32,000 bases of DNA from Candidatus Iainarchaeum sp. (GCA_016205145.1 JACQJH010000001.1:180001-212000); one strand, 5' to 3'; counted from the first letter of the stretch, positions 7,089-16,038 are shown. The notes: a model not told the origin generated them from the letters alone. Numbers and translations are program-made.

Positions 7089-8561
7089 TCAACCTTTTAT
7101 GTTTCCTATCGGTTTCAGGCCGAAAACCTTCCTGCTGATGCCTGCCTTGTCCATTGTGTCAACCACTTCCGAGATACTCTTGTACGCGCCTCCGGCCTCT
7201 TCTGCAAGGCCTTGCGTGGAAGCCGACTTCACAAAAATGCCCTGCCTTTCCATTCTTTTCAGCAGTTCCCCGCCATTGAACTCCTTTTTTGCCTGTGCCC
7301 TTGACATGGTCCTTCCAGAACCGTGCATTGTGCTGCCAAAAGTCTCATCCATTGCCTTTTCAGTGCCCGCGCAGACAAAACTGCCGGTTTCCATCGAACC
7401 GCCGACAATGACCGGCTGGCCGATTCCGCGGTACATTTCCGCCAACTCGGGCTGGCCGGGACCAAAGCTTCGCGTGCTTCCCTTCCTGTGAACTACAAGC
7501 TTTTTCCTCTTGCCTTCGACCTTGTGCTCTTCGACCTTCGCGATGTTGTGCGCGACGTCGTAAACGATTTCCATTCCCATGGACTCCGCGCTTTGGCCGA
7601 GGACCCGTTCAAAAGCCAAGCGCGTATTATGTATAATAGCCTGCCTGTTGCAGAACGCATAGTTGCTTGCACAGGCCATCGCGGCATAATATCTTTTGCC
7701 TTCTCCGCTTGCAAATGGCGCACACGCAAGTTCCCTGTCCTTTACGTTCAGGCCGTATTTTTTCATGGCCGGCTCGAACTCCCTCACATAGTCCGTGCAA
7801 ATCTGGTGGCCGAATCCGCGCGAACCGCAGTGGACCATCACAAAAATCTGCCCTTCCTTTACAAGGCCCTCTTCCAATCCAAACGCCTTTCCCGCCTTCC
7901 AGTCAAAAACATTTTCCTCACGGACAACCTGCACTTCAAGGTAATGGTTTCCCGAGCCAAGCGTGCCAAGCTGGACCATGCCCCTATCAAAGGCTTCCTT
8001 GCTCACCATTGCAGGATTCGCTCCTTCAACCCTGCCTTTCTCTTCAATCCTTTCCGCGTCATTCTTCCAGCCGAAGCCCTTGCGCACAATCCACGGAACT
8101 CCTTCAACCATCATTTCCTGCATTTCACTTCGCGAAAGCTTCAATGTTCCCTTCCTTCCAACGCCCGCCGGCACCAGTTCAAACAGCCTGTTCACAAGGT
8201 CCCTTATTTTGGGCTGAACGTCCTTCAAAGTCAGATTCGTTTTCAACAGGCGCATGCCGCAGTTCACGTCAAAACCGATGACTCCGGGGCTGATGACGCC
8301 TTCTTCCAGATCAAATGCGGCAACGCCGCCAACAGGGCTTCCGTATCCTTGGTGCGCGTCGGGCATGGCAAGCGCATACCTTTGGATGCCTGGCATGCAG
8401 GCAATGTTTGTCACCTGCTCGAAGACGCCGTCATCCATTCCGTCAAAAAGCGTTTTGTTCGCGTAAATCCGCGCCGGAACATTCATGCCGGGCTTTTCCG
8501 TTTTCGGAATTTCCCAGACAAACTCGTTCACCCTTTCGACTTTCATGCCCTTTTTCTGCAT
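7089..8561 (-). CDS. rtcB: RtcB RNA 3'-phosphate/tRNA-splicing ligase.
   Basis: EIPKTEKPGMNVPARIYA..., MPDAHQGYGSPVGGV, GFDVNCGMRL and GSGNHYLEVQ are classic RtcB motifs. The track start at 8666 overlaps archease. The first ATG after the A-rich spacer is 8561 (MQKKGMKVERV); 8546 is an alternative. Confidence 0.92.
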   Translation of the reverse strand: MQKKGMKVERVNEFVWEIPKTEKPGMNVPARIYANKTLFDGMDDGVFEQVTNIACMPGIQRYALAMPDAHQGYGSPVGGVAAFDLEEGVISPGVIGFDVNCGMRLLKTNLTLKDVQPKIRDLVNRLFELVPAGVGRKGTLKLSRSEMQEMMVEGVPWIVRKGFGWKNDAERIEEKGRVEGANPAMVSKEAFDRGMVQLGTLGSGNHYLEVQVVREENVFDWKAGKAFGLEEGLVKEGQIFVMVHCGSRGFGHQICTDYVREFEPAMKKYGLNVKDRELACAPFASGEGKRYYAAMACASNYAFCNRQAIIHNTRLAFERVLGQSAESMGMEIVYDVAHNIAKVEEHKVEGKRKKLVVHRKGSTRSFGPGQPELAEMYRGIGQPVIVGGSMETGSFVCAGTEKAMDETFGSTMHGSGRTMSRAQAKKEFNGGELLKRMERQGIFVKSASTQGLAEEAGGAYKSISEVVDTMDKAGISRKVFGLKPIGNIKG

Positions 8562-8610
8562 TTCAAAAACCGGTTTTTTTATTTTTATTTTTCTTTCTTT
8601 TTTTTTGCTT

Positions 8611-9075
8611 TCAAATGTCCAATACCACCGTCGCCTTCCACGCGCTTCCATCCTTTTCAACGGCAAACAGGTGCTTTGTTATGGCCTTGACATCCGTGCC
8701 CGCGGATTCGACTTCTTCAACCTTCTGGCCGAAAACCCTGGCCTTCAGCACGAATTCGGCGCCCTTTTTCACTATGTCGACGTCGAACTTTCCGAACAAG
8801 GCGCCTTCGACATCCTTCAAATAAATCAGCCTGCTAAGCCAGTCGTACAGCAGATTTTCAATCGAATCGGATTTCAATTCGACCTTTTTTTCCAGTTTCG
8901 GCCTTACCTTTTTCGTCCTTGTCATGACCTCAAACAATGCGAGCGCGCAACTGCGGAACAACTCTTCCTCGCTTTCGCCGAAAGCCTCGAATGCGACATC
9001 CGCTATCGCGACGTTCTCGATGTAAACGAATTTCCTGAACTTCTGCTCAGATTTCTTCGCCTCTTTTTGCCGCAT
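8611..9075 (-). CDS. Archease (RtcB activator/RNA-chaperone family).
   Basis: IADVAFEAFGESEEELFRSCALALFEVM ... VKAITKHLFAV ... ATVVLDI resembles the archease family. It sits directly upstream of rtcB, the usual pairing. ATG at 9075 follows AGGTGA by 6 nt. The track start at 9081 is an upstream TTG. Confidence 0.82.
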   Translation of the reverse strand: MRQKEAKKSEQKFRKFVYIENVAIADVAFEAFGESEEELFRSCALALFEVMTRTKKVRPKLEKKVELKSDSIENLLYDWLSRLIYLKDVEGALFGKFDVDIVKKGAEFVLKARVFGQKVEEVESAGTDVKAITKHLFAVEKDGSAWKATVVLDI

Positions 9076-9094
9076 GCCCAATCACCTGCCGGCC

Positions 9095-9541
9095 TTATTC
9101 TTCAATCTTTTTTACCCTGCGCAAATGCCTTTCGCCGCCATCGCGTGCGCCGGCAAAGTCGGTTGAAAAGAATTTGTCAACTATTTCTTCCGCTTTTTTC
9201 TCGTCGGTGGTGCGGCTGCCGAAGCACAAAACATTCGCGTCATTGTGCTCGCGCGCCATCTGCGCGGAAAAAGCGTCATGGCAGACCGCGGCGCGCACGC
9301 CCTTAAACTTGTTTGCCGCCATCGACATGCCGATGCCCGTGCCGCAAATCAAAACCCCGAAGTCGGCCTTGCCAGCAGCCACTTCTTTTGCAACCTTCTT
9401 CGCGTAATCAGGGTAATCCGCGCTTTCCTCGCTGTGCGTGCCCAAATCCTCGACGGAAAAGCCTTTAGCCTTCAGCCATTCCTTGGTTTTCTCTTTCAGC
9501 CTGAACGCTGCGTGGTCGGAGCCGATAGCGATTTTTGGCAT
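9095..9541 (-). CDS. rpiB: Ribose-5-phosphate isomerase B (RpiB/LacAB family).
   Basis: MPKIAIGSDHAAF..., ICGTGIGMSMAANKFKGVRAAVCHD and HNDANVLCFGSR are RpiB signatures. ATG at 9541 lies about 25-30 nt downstream of a TTTAAATTAA box. Confidence 0.85.
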   Translation of the reverse strand: MPKIAIGSDHAAFRLKEKTKEWLKAKGFSVEDLGTHSEESADYPDYAKKVAKEVAAGKADFGVLICGTGIGMSMAANKFKGVRAAVCHDAFSAQMAREHNDANVLCFGSRTTDEKKAEEIVDKFFSTDFAGARDGGERHLRRVKKIEE

Positions 9542-9610
9542 AAATAGGAAAAATCGCGTTGTTAATTTAAACGTTGTCAATAAAATTAGGGTTTTTGAAA
9601 TATGGCCGGT

Positions 9611-9919
9611 TTATTCCTTGAGCTCTATTTCCACGTGCACTTTTTCGGGAATTTCAACGCGCATTACCCTGTGCAAAGTCCTTTCGTCTGCCTGGATGTC
9701 AATCAGCCTTTTGTGCACTCTCATTTCCCAGTGCTCGTAGCTTTCGGTTCCGCCGCCGCACGGGCTCTTCCTTGTCGGAACGACAAGCTTTTTCGTCGGC
9801 AACGGAATGCTGCCGGAATGCTTTACGCCGGTCTTCTCCGCGATATCAAGAATCCTGTCACAGATTTCATTCAACAGCTTGAAATCCGGGGAAGTCAGCT
9901 TTATTCTTGCTTTCTGCAT
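9611..9919 (-). CDS. rps10: 30S ribosomal protein S10 (uS10).
   Basis: [45 protein letters not shown]... ATG at 9919 is preceded by GGTGA. Canonical position after EF-1alpha. Confidence 0.92.
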   Translation of the reverse strand: MQKARIKLTSPDFKLLNEICDRILDIAEKTGVKHSGSIPLPTKKLVVPTRKSPCGGGTESYEHWEMRVHKRLIDIQADERTLHRVMRVEIPEKVHVEIELKE

Positions 9920-9964
9920 TTGCACGTTCACCAATCAACAAACTTTTTTTTTTTACTAAATTTT

Positions 9965-10002
9965 ACTGAAAAAATTAAAGAAGAAATGACTGTTGCCAGT
10001 CA
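9965..10002 (-). terminator. Hairpin overlapping the EF-1alpha stop codon, followed by a T-rich tract.
   Basis: tgactg/gcaa/cagtca at 9987-10002, then tttcttctttaatttttt on the minus strand. Confidence 0.45.
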
Positions 10003-11277
10003 TTTCCCTGCTTCTTTTTTGACAATGCTCTGCACGAGCCCTGCCGCAACGGTCTGGCCCATGTCCCTTATCGCAAAGCGGCCGAGCTGCGGGAACATCT
10101 TGTATTCCTCGACAACAACCGGCTTCAACGGTACAACCTTGACGATTGCCGCGTCGCCTGCTTTCAGGAACTTGGGGTTTTCTTCCTTGACCTGGCCCGT
10201 TTTCGGGTCAAGCTTTTTCTGCAGCTCTGTCAGGGTGCATGAAAGCTGTGCGGTGTGCATGTGGAACACCGGAGTGTAGCCGACCGGAATTGCGGTCGGG
10301 TGCGACAGCACCACAATCTGCGCAGTGAATTCCTTTGCGACTGTGGGCGGGTTCTTGTCGTGTCCGACAACGTCGCCCCTTGAAACGTCTTCTTTTGTCA
10401 GGCCGCGGACATTGAAGCCGACGTTGTCGCCCGGAACCGCTTCTGAAAGCTGTTCGTGGTGCATTTCAACGGACTTCACTTCGCCGGATTTTCCCGACGG
10501 CATGAATACGATCTTGTCGTTCGGCTTCAAAACGCCTGTTTCGACCCTGCCGACCGGTACAACGCCGATGCCCTTGATGTTGTAAACGTCCTGGATTGGC
10601 AGCCTCAGCGGCTTGTCAACCGGGGGTTCCGGCGCAACAAGGGTGTCGAGCGTGTCAATGAGCGTCAGGCCCGTGTACCATTTCATGTTTTCGGTTTTCT
10701 TGGCGATGTTGTCGCCCTTCCAAGCCGAAATTGGAACGAACTTGATGTTGTCTTCCTTGAAGCCCACGCCCTTCAAAAGCTTGAGTATGTCGTCGTGGAC
10801 CGTCTTGTATTTTGCCTCATCGTAGCCGACTTCGTCCATTTTGTTCAATGCGACAACGAGCTGCTTGATTCCCATGACCTGTGACAGGAACGCGTGCTCT
10901 TTTGTCTGCGCCTGGATGCCATCCTTTGCTGACACGACCAGGACTGCGGCGTCTGCCTGCGATGTTCCGGTTATCATGTTCTTGACAAAGTCCTTGTGGC
11001 CCGGTGCGTCAATAATCGTGAACTCGTTCTTTTTGGCCTTGAACTTTTTGTAAGCGACGTCAATGGTTATGCCCCTTTCCCTTTCTTCCTTGAGGTTGTC
11101 CATTGCGAACGCGAACGCAAACGTGCCCTTGCCGAGCGCCTGCGCTTCCTGTTCAAGCTTCCTGTAATCCTGTTCGGACAGTGCTCCGGAATCGTACAGA
11201 AGCCTTCCGACGGTTGTCGACTTTCCATGGTCAACATGCCCGATGAAAACCAGGTTGATGTGGTTTTTTGCTGCCAT
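10000..11277 (-). CDS. tuf: Translation elongation factor EF-1 alpha.
   Basis: [21 protein letters not shown]..., DAPGHKDF and NKMD GTPase motifs. ATG at 11277 lies 8 nt after GGAGGTG. The track start at 11340 is an upstream alternative-start artefact. Confidence 0.95.
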   Translation of the reverse strand: MAAKNHINLVFIGHVDHGKSTTVGRLLYDSGALSEQDYRKLEQEAQALGKGTFAFAFAMDNLKEERERGITIDVAYKKFKAKKNEFTIIDAPGHKDFVKNMITGTSQADAAVLVVSAKDGIQAQTKEHAFLSQVMGIKQLVVALNKMDEVGYDEAKYKTVHDDILKLLKGVGFKEDNIKFVPISAWKGDNIAKKTENMKWYTGLTLIDTLDTLVAPEPPVDKPLRLPIQDVYNIKGIGVVPVGRVETGVLKPNDKIVFMPSGKSGEVKSVEMHHEQLSEAVPGDNVGFNVRGLTKEDVSRGDVVGHDKNPPTVAKEFTAQIVVLSHPTAIPVGYTPVFHMHTAQLSCTLTELQKKLDPKTGQVKEENPKFLKAGDAAIVKVVPLKPVVVEEYKMFPQLGRFAIRDMGQTVAAGLVQSIVKKEAGK

Positions 11278-11465
11278 TAAAACTGCACCTCCAAATGTGA
11301 CCTGCAACAACGAAAACGCTTTTGCATTGTGAAAACGCAAAACGCATTTTTTGGGGAATGTGCCGCGTAACAGCCCACAATCCGGCCGAATTTGCCCCTA
11401 ACAGCCATCTTGTGTTTGTAAGCCAGGTGTCTGCAGCTGATTTTACTCTATACTTCCTGTACCAG

Positions 11466-11478
11466 AATATTTAAATAA
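11466..11478 (-). promoter_or_regulatory. TATA-like box upstream of tuf.
   Basis: Minus strand ttatttaaatatt, about 190 nt upstream of the tuf ATG, which implies a long leader. Confidence 0.3.
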
Positions 11479-11574
11479 CATAGCCCCTTTGCCTTCCGCT
11501 TTTTTGCGTGTGGGGTGCTGCTTGCAAAAACAAAATTTTGATGCGAAAAGAAAGCAGGCAGGTGTTGCGCGAAT

Positions 11575-11616
11575 GCAAAAAGAAAGCAGATGGGTACGAC
11601 GCAGCGCGGCGTACCC
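11575..11616 (-). terminator. Hairpin plus T-rich tract after the candidate micro-ORF.
   Basis: gggtacg ... cgtaccc at 11592-11616 with inner cgc/gcg pairs, then atctgctttctttttgc on the minus strand. Confidence 0.35.
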
Positions 11617-11640
11617 GTCGCGCACCAGCCGGGCGTTCGG

Positions 11641-11721
11641 CTAGCAGCAGCAACAGCCTTCCTTGTGCGAATGCGAAGCTTTTTTCTTTGCGCCTGATTT
11701 TGCCTTTGTTGAGCTTGCCAT
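11641..11721 (-). CDS. Candidate 26 aa micro-protein MASSTKAKSGAKKKASHSHKEGCCCC (hypothetical).
   Basis: ATG at 11721 lies 8 nt after GGGGG. A TTTAAAAC box sits at 11786-11797 upstream. TAG is at 11641-11643. A hairpin plus T-run follows (11575-11616). Too short for the ORF track, and no homology was recognised. Confidence 0.25.
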   Translation of the reverse strand: MASSTKAKSGAKKKASHSHKEGCCCC

Positions 11722-11834
11722 GTTTTTTTCCCCCGTTTTTTTGTCAGCCGCGATTTGGCGTGCCTGAATTAGAATTGTCCGCTGGGTTTTAAACTTTTAT
11801 TGTTGGGTTTCGGGCCTGGTGCGGGTGGCATGCA

Positions 11835-11876
11835 GGCGATAAAAAATAAAAGCCATCCTGCTTTTTTTTGCAGGAT
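11835..11876 (-). terminator. Hairpin plus T-run immediately after the EF-2 stop.
   Basis: The minus-strand RNA has stem AUCCUGC, loop A8, stem GCAGGAU (11855-11876), followed by GGCUUUUAUUUUUUAUC. Confidence 0.5.
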
Positions 11877-11877
11877 T

Positions 11878-14070
11878 TCATTCGAGGAAGAATCCGAACG
11901 GCTTGACTTCCGGGTCCATGCCCTTGCGCTTGCGGACTTCCGTGACTATGATTTTCTGGAGTTCCCTTGGCAATGGCTCGTAACCGAAGTATTCGGCTGT
12001 CCACAATGCCCTTCCCTGCGTCGCGCCCCTGATTGCTGCCGAGAATCCGATGAGTTCCTTGACCGGAGCCTTGGCAATGATTATGCAGGTGTCGCCTTCC
12101 GTGCGCATTTCGTTTATCTGCGTCCTTCTTGCGCCAAGCTCTTTTGATGCCGAGCCCATGAAGTCCTGGGGAACGTTTATGGTGAGCGTCTGTTTGGGTT
12201 CGTACAGTACCGCGCCGCCTTGCAGCATTGAAGCGTAAATGGTCCTTGTTATGACCGGGAGGATTTGCGCGGGCCCGCGATGTATGGCGTCCTCGTGCAA
12301 TGACGCGTCGTCCAGAACGACTTCGACGCCGAAGCATTTTTCCTTCGCCAAGGGGCCCTGGTCCATTGCGTCGTTGAAGCCTTCCATCACTAGCTCGCGG
12401 ATTTCGTGCAACGCCGTTATTCCGCGCGTCATGTCGACAAGAATGCAGTTATTGTGGATTGCCCAGATGCGTTTTGCGGTTTCCTTGTCAAAGCCGATTT
12501 CTTCCAGCTTTGCCGTCATGTTCTTGTCCTTCGGCTTTATCTTGCCGTCGATTTTGGATTCAATGAGCTTTTCCATTATTGCGGGCTCTATCGGCCTGGC
12601 GTACATTTTGAACTTGTTGTGCTTGTTCGGCGATTTTCCTTCAAGCAGTTCGGATTCGCTTGTGATTGTTTCCCTGTAAACGACGATTGGCTGGGACACG
12701 TTTATCGGAATCTTGTGGTCCACTTCTATTCTGTACCTTGTTACGTCCAAGTGCAGTTCGCCCATGCCTGAAATGAGGTGCTCGCCCGTGTCAGAGTTTA
12801 TCGAAGTCACGACGTTCGGGTCTTCCTTTGAAATCTGTTTCAGCACTTCGATGAGTTTCGGCAGATCCTTTGTCTGCTTTGCCTCGACGCTGATCGTCAT
12901 CACAGGTTCCGCGCTTGACTTGAACGATTCGAAGACATCCATGTCAATCGTTGAAACGGTTTCGCCCGCGTAAATTTCCTTGATTCCTATGAGGCAGGCA
13001 ATGTTTCCAGCCGGGGCCTCGTCAATCGTTACCCTTTCCGGGCCCATGTACAGGCCGACCTGCTGCAACTGCACTTCCTTTTGCGAGCCTATGAGCTTGA
13101 CTTTCATGCCCTTTTTGACTGTGCCGCTGTAAATCCTGCCTGTCGCAACATCGCCCGCGTGCGGGTCGACTGTGATGTCGGTAACCATCATTGCGAATTC
13201 GCCGTTCGGGTCGCATTCCGACATCGACTTGTAAATCGGGCTTTCCTTGTCGCCGCCCCAGATGACCGGCGTTCGGTACTTTTGCGCCTGGATCGGGTTT
13301 GGCAGGTGCTTCACAACCATTTCGAGGACGCATGCATGCAACGGCGATTTTTTTGCCAGCTCTTTCTGCTTTCCGCCCTTGCAGTAATCGTAAATGTCCT
13401 TGAATCCTATGCCCGTCTCCTTCATCTGGATTATGGAGATTGCCCAGTTGTTGTAGGCCGAGCCGAATGAAACGCTGCCGTCCTGCACCTTTACAGTCCA
13501 CTCATCAATGAACGCTTTGGGCGCAGTCTTTTTTATGAGGCCGTTGACCTGCGTTATTGTCTTGATGAACCTTTCCTGCATCTGCTGTTCTGTCAGCTGC
13601 AGTTCATTTATGAGCCTGTCGATCTTGTTGATGAACAGCACGGGCTTCACATTTTCCTTGAGCGCCTGCCTTATGACTGTTTCGGTCTGCGGCATCACGC
13701 CTTCAACGGAGTCCACAACGAGTATGACTCCATCAACTGCCCTCATTGCCCTTATCACTTCGCCGCCGAAGTCTATGTGGCCGGGCGTGTCAATGAGGTT
13801 GATGAGGCACTGCTTTCCGTGCACTTCGTGGACAAGCGAAACGTTCGCGGCATTGATTGTTATGCCCCGCTCCTGTTCCAGGTGATAGTGGTCCATGAAC
13901 TGCTGTTTTCCGGCAAGCTCCTCTGAAATCAGGCCGGCCGCAGCAACCAAATTGTCACTTAGTGTCGTCTTGCCATGATCAATATGTGCGACTATGCCCA
14001 TGTTGCGGATGTTTTCCCTTGTGTTCATCAGCTTTTCAGCAAGATGCGCTATTTCCTCTTTCTTTGCCAC
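11878..14070 (-). CDS. fusA: Translation elongation factor EF-2.
   Basis: NMGIVAHIDHGKTTLSDNL and DTPGHIDF are present, as is the archaeal diphthamide-loop context DAIHRGPAQ. GTG start at 14070. Confidence 0.95.
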   Translation of the reverse strand: MAKKEEIAHLAEKLMNTRENIRNMGIVAHIDHGKTTLSDNLVAAAGLISEELAGKQQFMDHYHLEQERGITINAANVSLVHEVHGKQCLINLIDTPGHIDFGGEVIRAMRAVDGVILVVDSVEGVMPQTETVIRQALKENVKPVLFINKIDRLINELQLTEQQMQERFIKTITQVNGLIKKTAPKAFIDEWTVKVQDGSVSFGSAYNNWAISIIQMKETGIGFKDIYDYCKGGKQKELAKKSPLHACVLEMVVKHLPNPIQAQKYRTPVIWGGDKESPIYKSMSECDPNGEFAMMVTDITVDPHAGDVATGRIYSGTVKKGMKVKLIGSQKEVQLQQVGLYMGPERVTIDEAPAGNIACLIGIKEIYAGETVSTIDMDVFESFKSSAEPVMTISVEAKQTKDLPKLIEVLKQISKEDPNVVTSINSDTGEHLISGMGELHLDVTRYRIEVDHKIPINVSQPIVVYRETITSESELLEGKSPNKHNKFKMYARPIEPAIMEKLIESKIDGKIKPKDKNMTAKLEEIGFDKETAKRIWAIHNNCILVDMTRGITALHEIRELVMEGFNDAMDQGPLAKEKCFGVEVVLDDASLHEDAIHRGPAQILPVITRTIYASMLQGGAVLYEPKQTLTINVPQDFMGSASKELGARRTQINEMRTEGDTCIIIAKAPVKELIGFSAAIRGATQGRALWTAEYFGYEPLPRELQKIIVTEVRKRKGMDPEVKPFGFFLE

Positions 14071-14099
14071 AAGACCACAACCTTTGCATGCACCGGTTT

Positions 14100-14732
14100 T
14101 TACCTTGAGCTTTTCGCTATGCGCTCGACTTCATCGCGCCTTTTGATTGCAAGGCTTTTCGCGTCGTTCTTTGACGCTGCAATGATTTCGTCGGCCAGCG
14201 CGTCCGCCGCGCTTTTCGGGTTGTTGAACGAGTTGCCGAAGCCCGCCAAGGCGAGGTTCTTCAGTGATTCGTCGACCCTTTTCAATGGCGCTATGTCGAC
14301 TGCCTGCGCGTAGCTTATTCCGCCGCGCTTTATGCGCGTAACGTCTTCGCGCGGAGCCGAGTTTTCAATCGCCCTGACAAGCGTCTGCACGGGGTTTTCC
14401 TTTGTCTGCCTTTCGATTTTTTCGAACGCGGTTTCGACTATTTCAAGGGCCTGCAGTTTTTTTCCGCAGCTGCCCCTTCCCCTCACATACTTTCCGCTGA
14501 GTTTTCTTTTGCCCTGGCCGCTTCTCATGACCTTGTTTACAAGCCTTTCAACGACGTTCGCCTTTCCTTTTTCAAAGCGCCCGCGCGTGCTCCTGCCGAA
14601 AGTGTGCGGAACAATGCGCGAGTCAAGGCTGATGTACCGTGCCAGACCCAAATCCGAAATCTTGACGTTTGTGTCCCACTTGTTGAACACAAGGGGTTTT
14701 GCCGTTGCCTGCGCCTGCTGGTGTTCCGCCAT
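14100..14732 (-). CDS. rps7: 30S ribosomal protein S7 (uS7).
   Basis: Archaeal S7-like sequence throughout (e.g. ...RAIENSAPREDVTRIKRGGISYAQAVDIAPLKR). Conserved position between S12 and EF-2. Confidence 0.92.
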   Translation of the reverse strand: MAEHQQAQATAKPLVFNKWDTNVKISDLGLARYISLDSRIVPHTFGRSTRGRFEKGKANVVERLVNKVMRSGQGKRKLSGKYVRGRGSCGKKLQALEIVETAFEKIERQTKENPVQTLVRAIENSAPREDVTRIKRGGISYAQAVDIAPLKRVDESLKNLALAGFGNSFNNPKSAADALADEIIAASKNDAKSLAIKRRDEVERIAKSSR

Positions 14733-14740
14733 AAAATCAC

Positions 14741-15172
14741 TTACCTTTTCACTTTTTCCTTCTTGCCCTTTCTCAGCATCTCAAGGCTTTGCCCGTTGAC
14801 CTGTATGACCTTGAACTTGACGCCCCAAAGGTCGCCCGGCGAACCGCCTTTCCTGCCGCCAAGGCCTTCAATGAGCACTTCATCGTGCTCGTCAATGTGC
14901 TTTATCGCTCCGTCGAACGGCGCAAGCGCTGTAACCTGCCTTCCGTTCTTTATCAGCTGGACCCTCACGCATTTCCTTATGCCCGAGTTCGGCTGTCTTG
15001 CAGTGACACCCCTTTTTTCTATGACAATGCCCTTTGCCTGCGGGCTTCCTTCCAGTATTTCGGCTTTCGGCTTCTTGTTCCTGTGCATCCTTTCCCTGTA
15101 AGGGCGCTTTCTCCACTTCTGCTGTTTCCTCTTTTTTTCAAGCGACCTTGCCGCGTTTTCGCCTTTCGCCAT
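14741..15172 (-). CDS. rps12: 30S ribosomal protein S12 (uS12).
   Basis: [45 protein letters not shown] at 15172 lies 4 nt after GGTGAT; the in-frame ATG at 15184 is an alternative. Confidence 0.92.
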   Translation of the reverse strand: MAKGENAARSLEKKRKQQKWRKRPYRERMHRNKKPKAEILEGSPQAKGIVIEKRGVTARQPNSGIRKCVRVQLIKNGRQVTALAPFDGAIKHIDEHDEVLIEGLGGRKGGSPGDLWGVKFKVIQVNGQSLEMLRKGKKEKVKR

Positions 15173-15211
15173 AAAAATCACCATTTGCCTTGCCTGACAT
15201 CCTCAAAACTT

Positions 15212-15250
15212 TCATCTTATTCTTATATCCTCAAAACCGTAATCACGCGC
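15212..15250 (-). pseudogene. Diverged duplicate of the last 11 codons plus stop of nusA.
   Basis: The minus strand reads cgt gat tac ggt ttt gag gat ata aga ata aga tga (RDYGFEDIRIR*). The live nusA end at 15310-15345 reads cgc aat tac ggt ttt gag gaa gta aga ata cgg tga (RNYGFEEVRIR*). Confidence 0.6.
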
Positions 15251-15277
15251 AGGGGACTCCGTCCCCTCGCACGCCCC
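15251..15277. repeat. G-run hairpin module, same family as 4031-4058.
   Basis: aggggac/tcc/gtcccct followed by cgcacgcccc. It differs from the 4031 copy by a compensatory G:C to A:T pair in the stem. Confidence 0.65.
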
Positions 15278-15309
15278 TGGAAAAACACAATTTTTGTCCT
15301 GCAATCTTT

Positions 15310-15723
15310 TCACCGTATTCTTACTTCCTCAAAACCGTAATTGCGCTTTGCTATTTCCCTTACCCTGGCAACCTTTTTTTTCGACTCCATGAGGGTTCTC
15401 CTGCTTTCCGAGGAAATCCTGACCGACACTGCCTTTCCGCTTTCGCCCCTGCGCGATTCAACGCCTTCAACCGCCATCGGCGCCAAGGCCTTTTTGAAAA
15501 ACCTTTCAGGGCTCTTCGAATATTCGACTATCTCGATTTTTTTTCCAAGCCTTTCGGAGAGCCTTTTCACGTTCTGGGCGCCCTTGCCGATTGCCCTGCC
15601 CACATCTTTTCCCCAGACAAGGAAAGAGACAGTGGAACCGTCAACAATGCAGTCCCTTGCCCCGACACCCGAAATTTTTTCAAGCGCGTTCATCAGCATT
15701 ATCTCCTCTAAGCCAAGCTTCAT
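15310..15723 (-). CDS. nusA: Archaeal NusA-like KH-domain transcription factor.
   Basis: Two KH-type GxxG segments (VGRAIGKGAQNVKRLSERLGKKIEIVEY). Conserved position between L30e and S12. Confidence 0.87.
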   Translation of the reverse strand: MKLGLEEIMLMNALEKISGVGARDCIVDGSTVSFLVWGKDVGRAIGKGAQNVKRLSERLGKKIEIVEYSKSPERFFKKALAPMAVEGVESRRGESGKAVSVRISSESRRTLMESKKKVARVREIAKRNYGFEEVRIR

Positions 15724-15729
15724 CCAATG

Positions 15730-16038
15730 TCACTTTGCAATTATGTCCAAGACCCTGCTCTTGCCCGTTTCTTCCACGGTGAGAGTTGAAATCACAAAAG
15801 GCTTTCCGCAGACCGAACCGAGCGAAAGCCCCGTTCCTTCGAACTCGAAAACCGGGACGTTGCAGGTTTTTCCGAGATTCCGGATTTTTTCCTTGACCGT
15901 CACGGGCGAGTCGAGGCTCACTACGACAAGCGCGCCTTTTCCGCCTAGCACGCTTTTCTCGCTCTGCCTCACGCCGAAAACAACCTTTCCGGTGTCCACG
16001 GCCCTGCGTATTTCCCTTTTCGCGTCAACTTCTGCCAT
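15730..16038 (-). CDS. rpl30e: 50S ribosomal protein L30e.
   Basis: IRRAVDTGKVVFGVRQSEKSVLGGKGALVVVS...GSVCGKPFVISTLTV matches the L30e/L7Ae fold family. Conserved position after rpoA''. Confidence 0.87.
   Translation of the reverse strand: MAEVDAKREIRRAVDTGKVVFGVRQSEKSVLGGKGALVVVSLDSPVTVKEKIRNLGKTCNVPVFEFEGTGLSLGSVCGKPFVISTLTVEETGKSRVLDIIAK

Noticed and set aside
6886-7094. 12 nt direct repeat aagttttcaacc at both ends of the AT-rich spacer (6886-6897 and 7083-7094), overlapping one start codon and one stop codon.
   Set aside because: It could be a target-site-duplication-like footprint. However, a single 12-mer match is expected by chance many times in a 32 kb window, and nothing element-like lies between the copies apart from promoter and terminator-type AT-rich sequence.
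8562-8610. Purine-only A-rich tract between archease and rtcB, with the palindrome aaaaaccggttttt.
   Set aside because: It is probably just an AT-rich intergenic spacer or internal promoter. There is no repeat partner elsewhere in the window and no ORF.
7323-8690. 455 aa plus-strand ORF, the longest plus-strand ORF in the core region.
   Set aside because: It lies entirely antisense to rtcB/archease, which have unmistakable family motifs. Its translation is R/S/P/F-rich with low complexity and no recognisable motif. This is a typical shadow ORF.
11789-12337. 182 aa minus-strand ORF overlapping the 3' part of fusA.
   Set aside because: It is an out-of-frame overlap with EF-2, with an Arg/Gly/His-rich nonsense translation.
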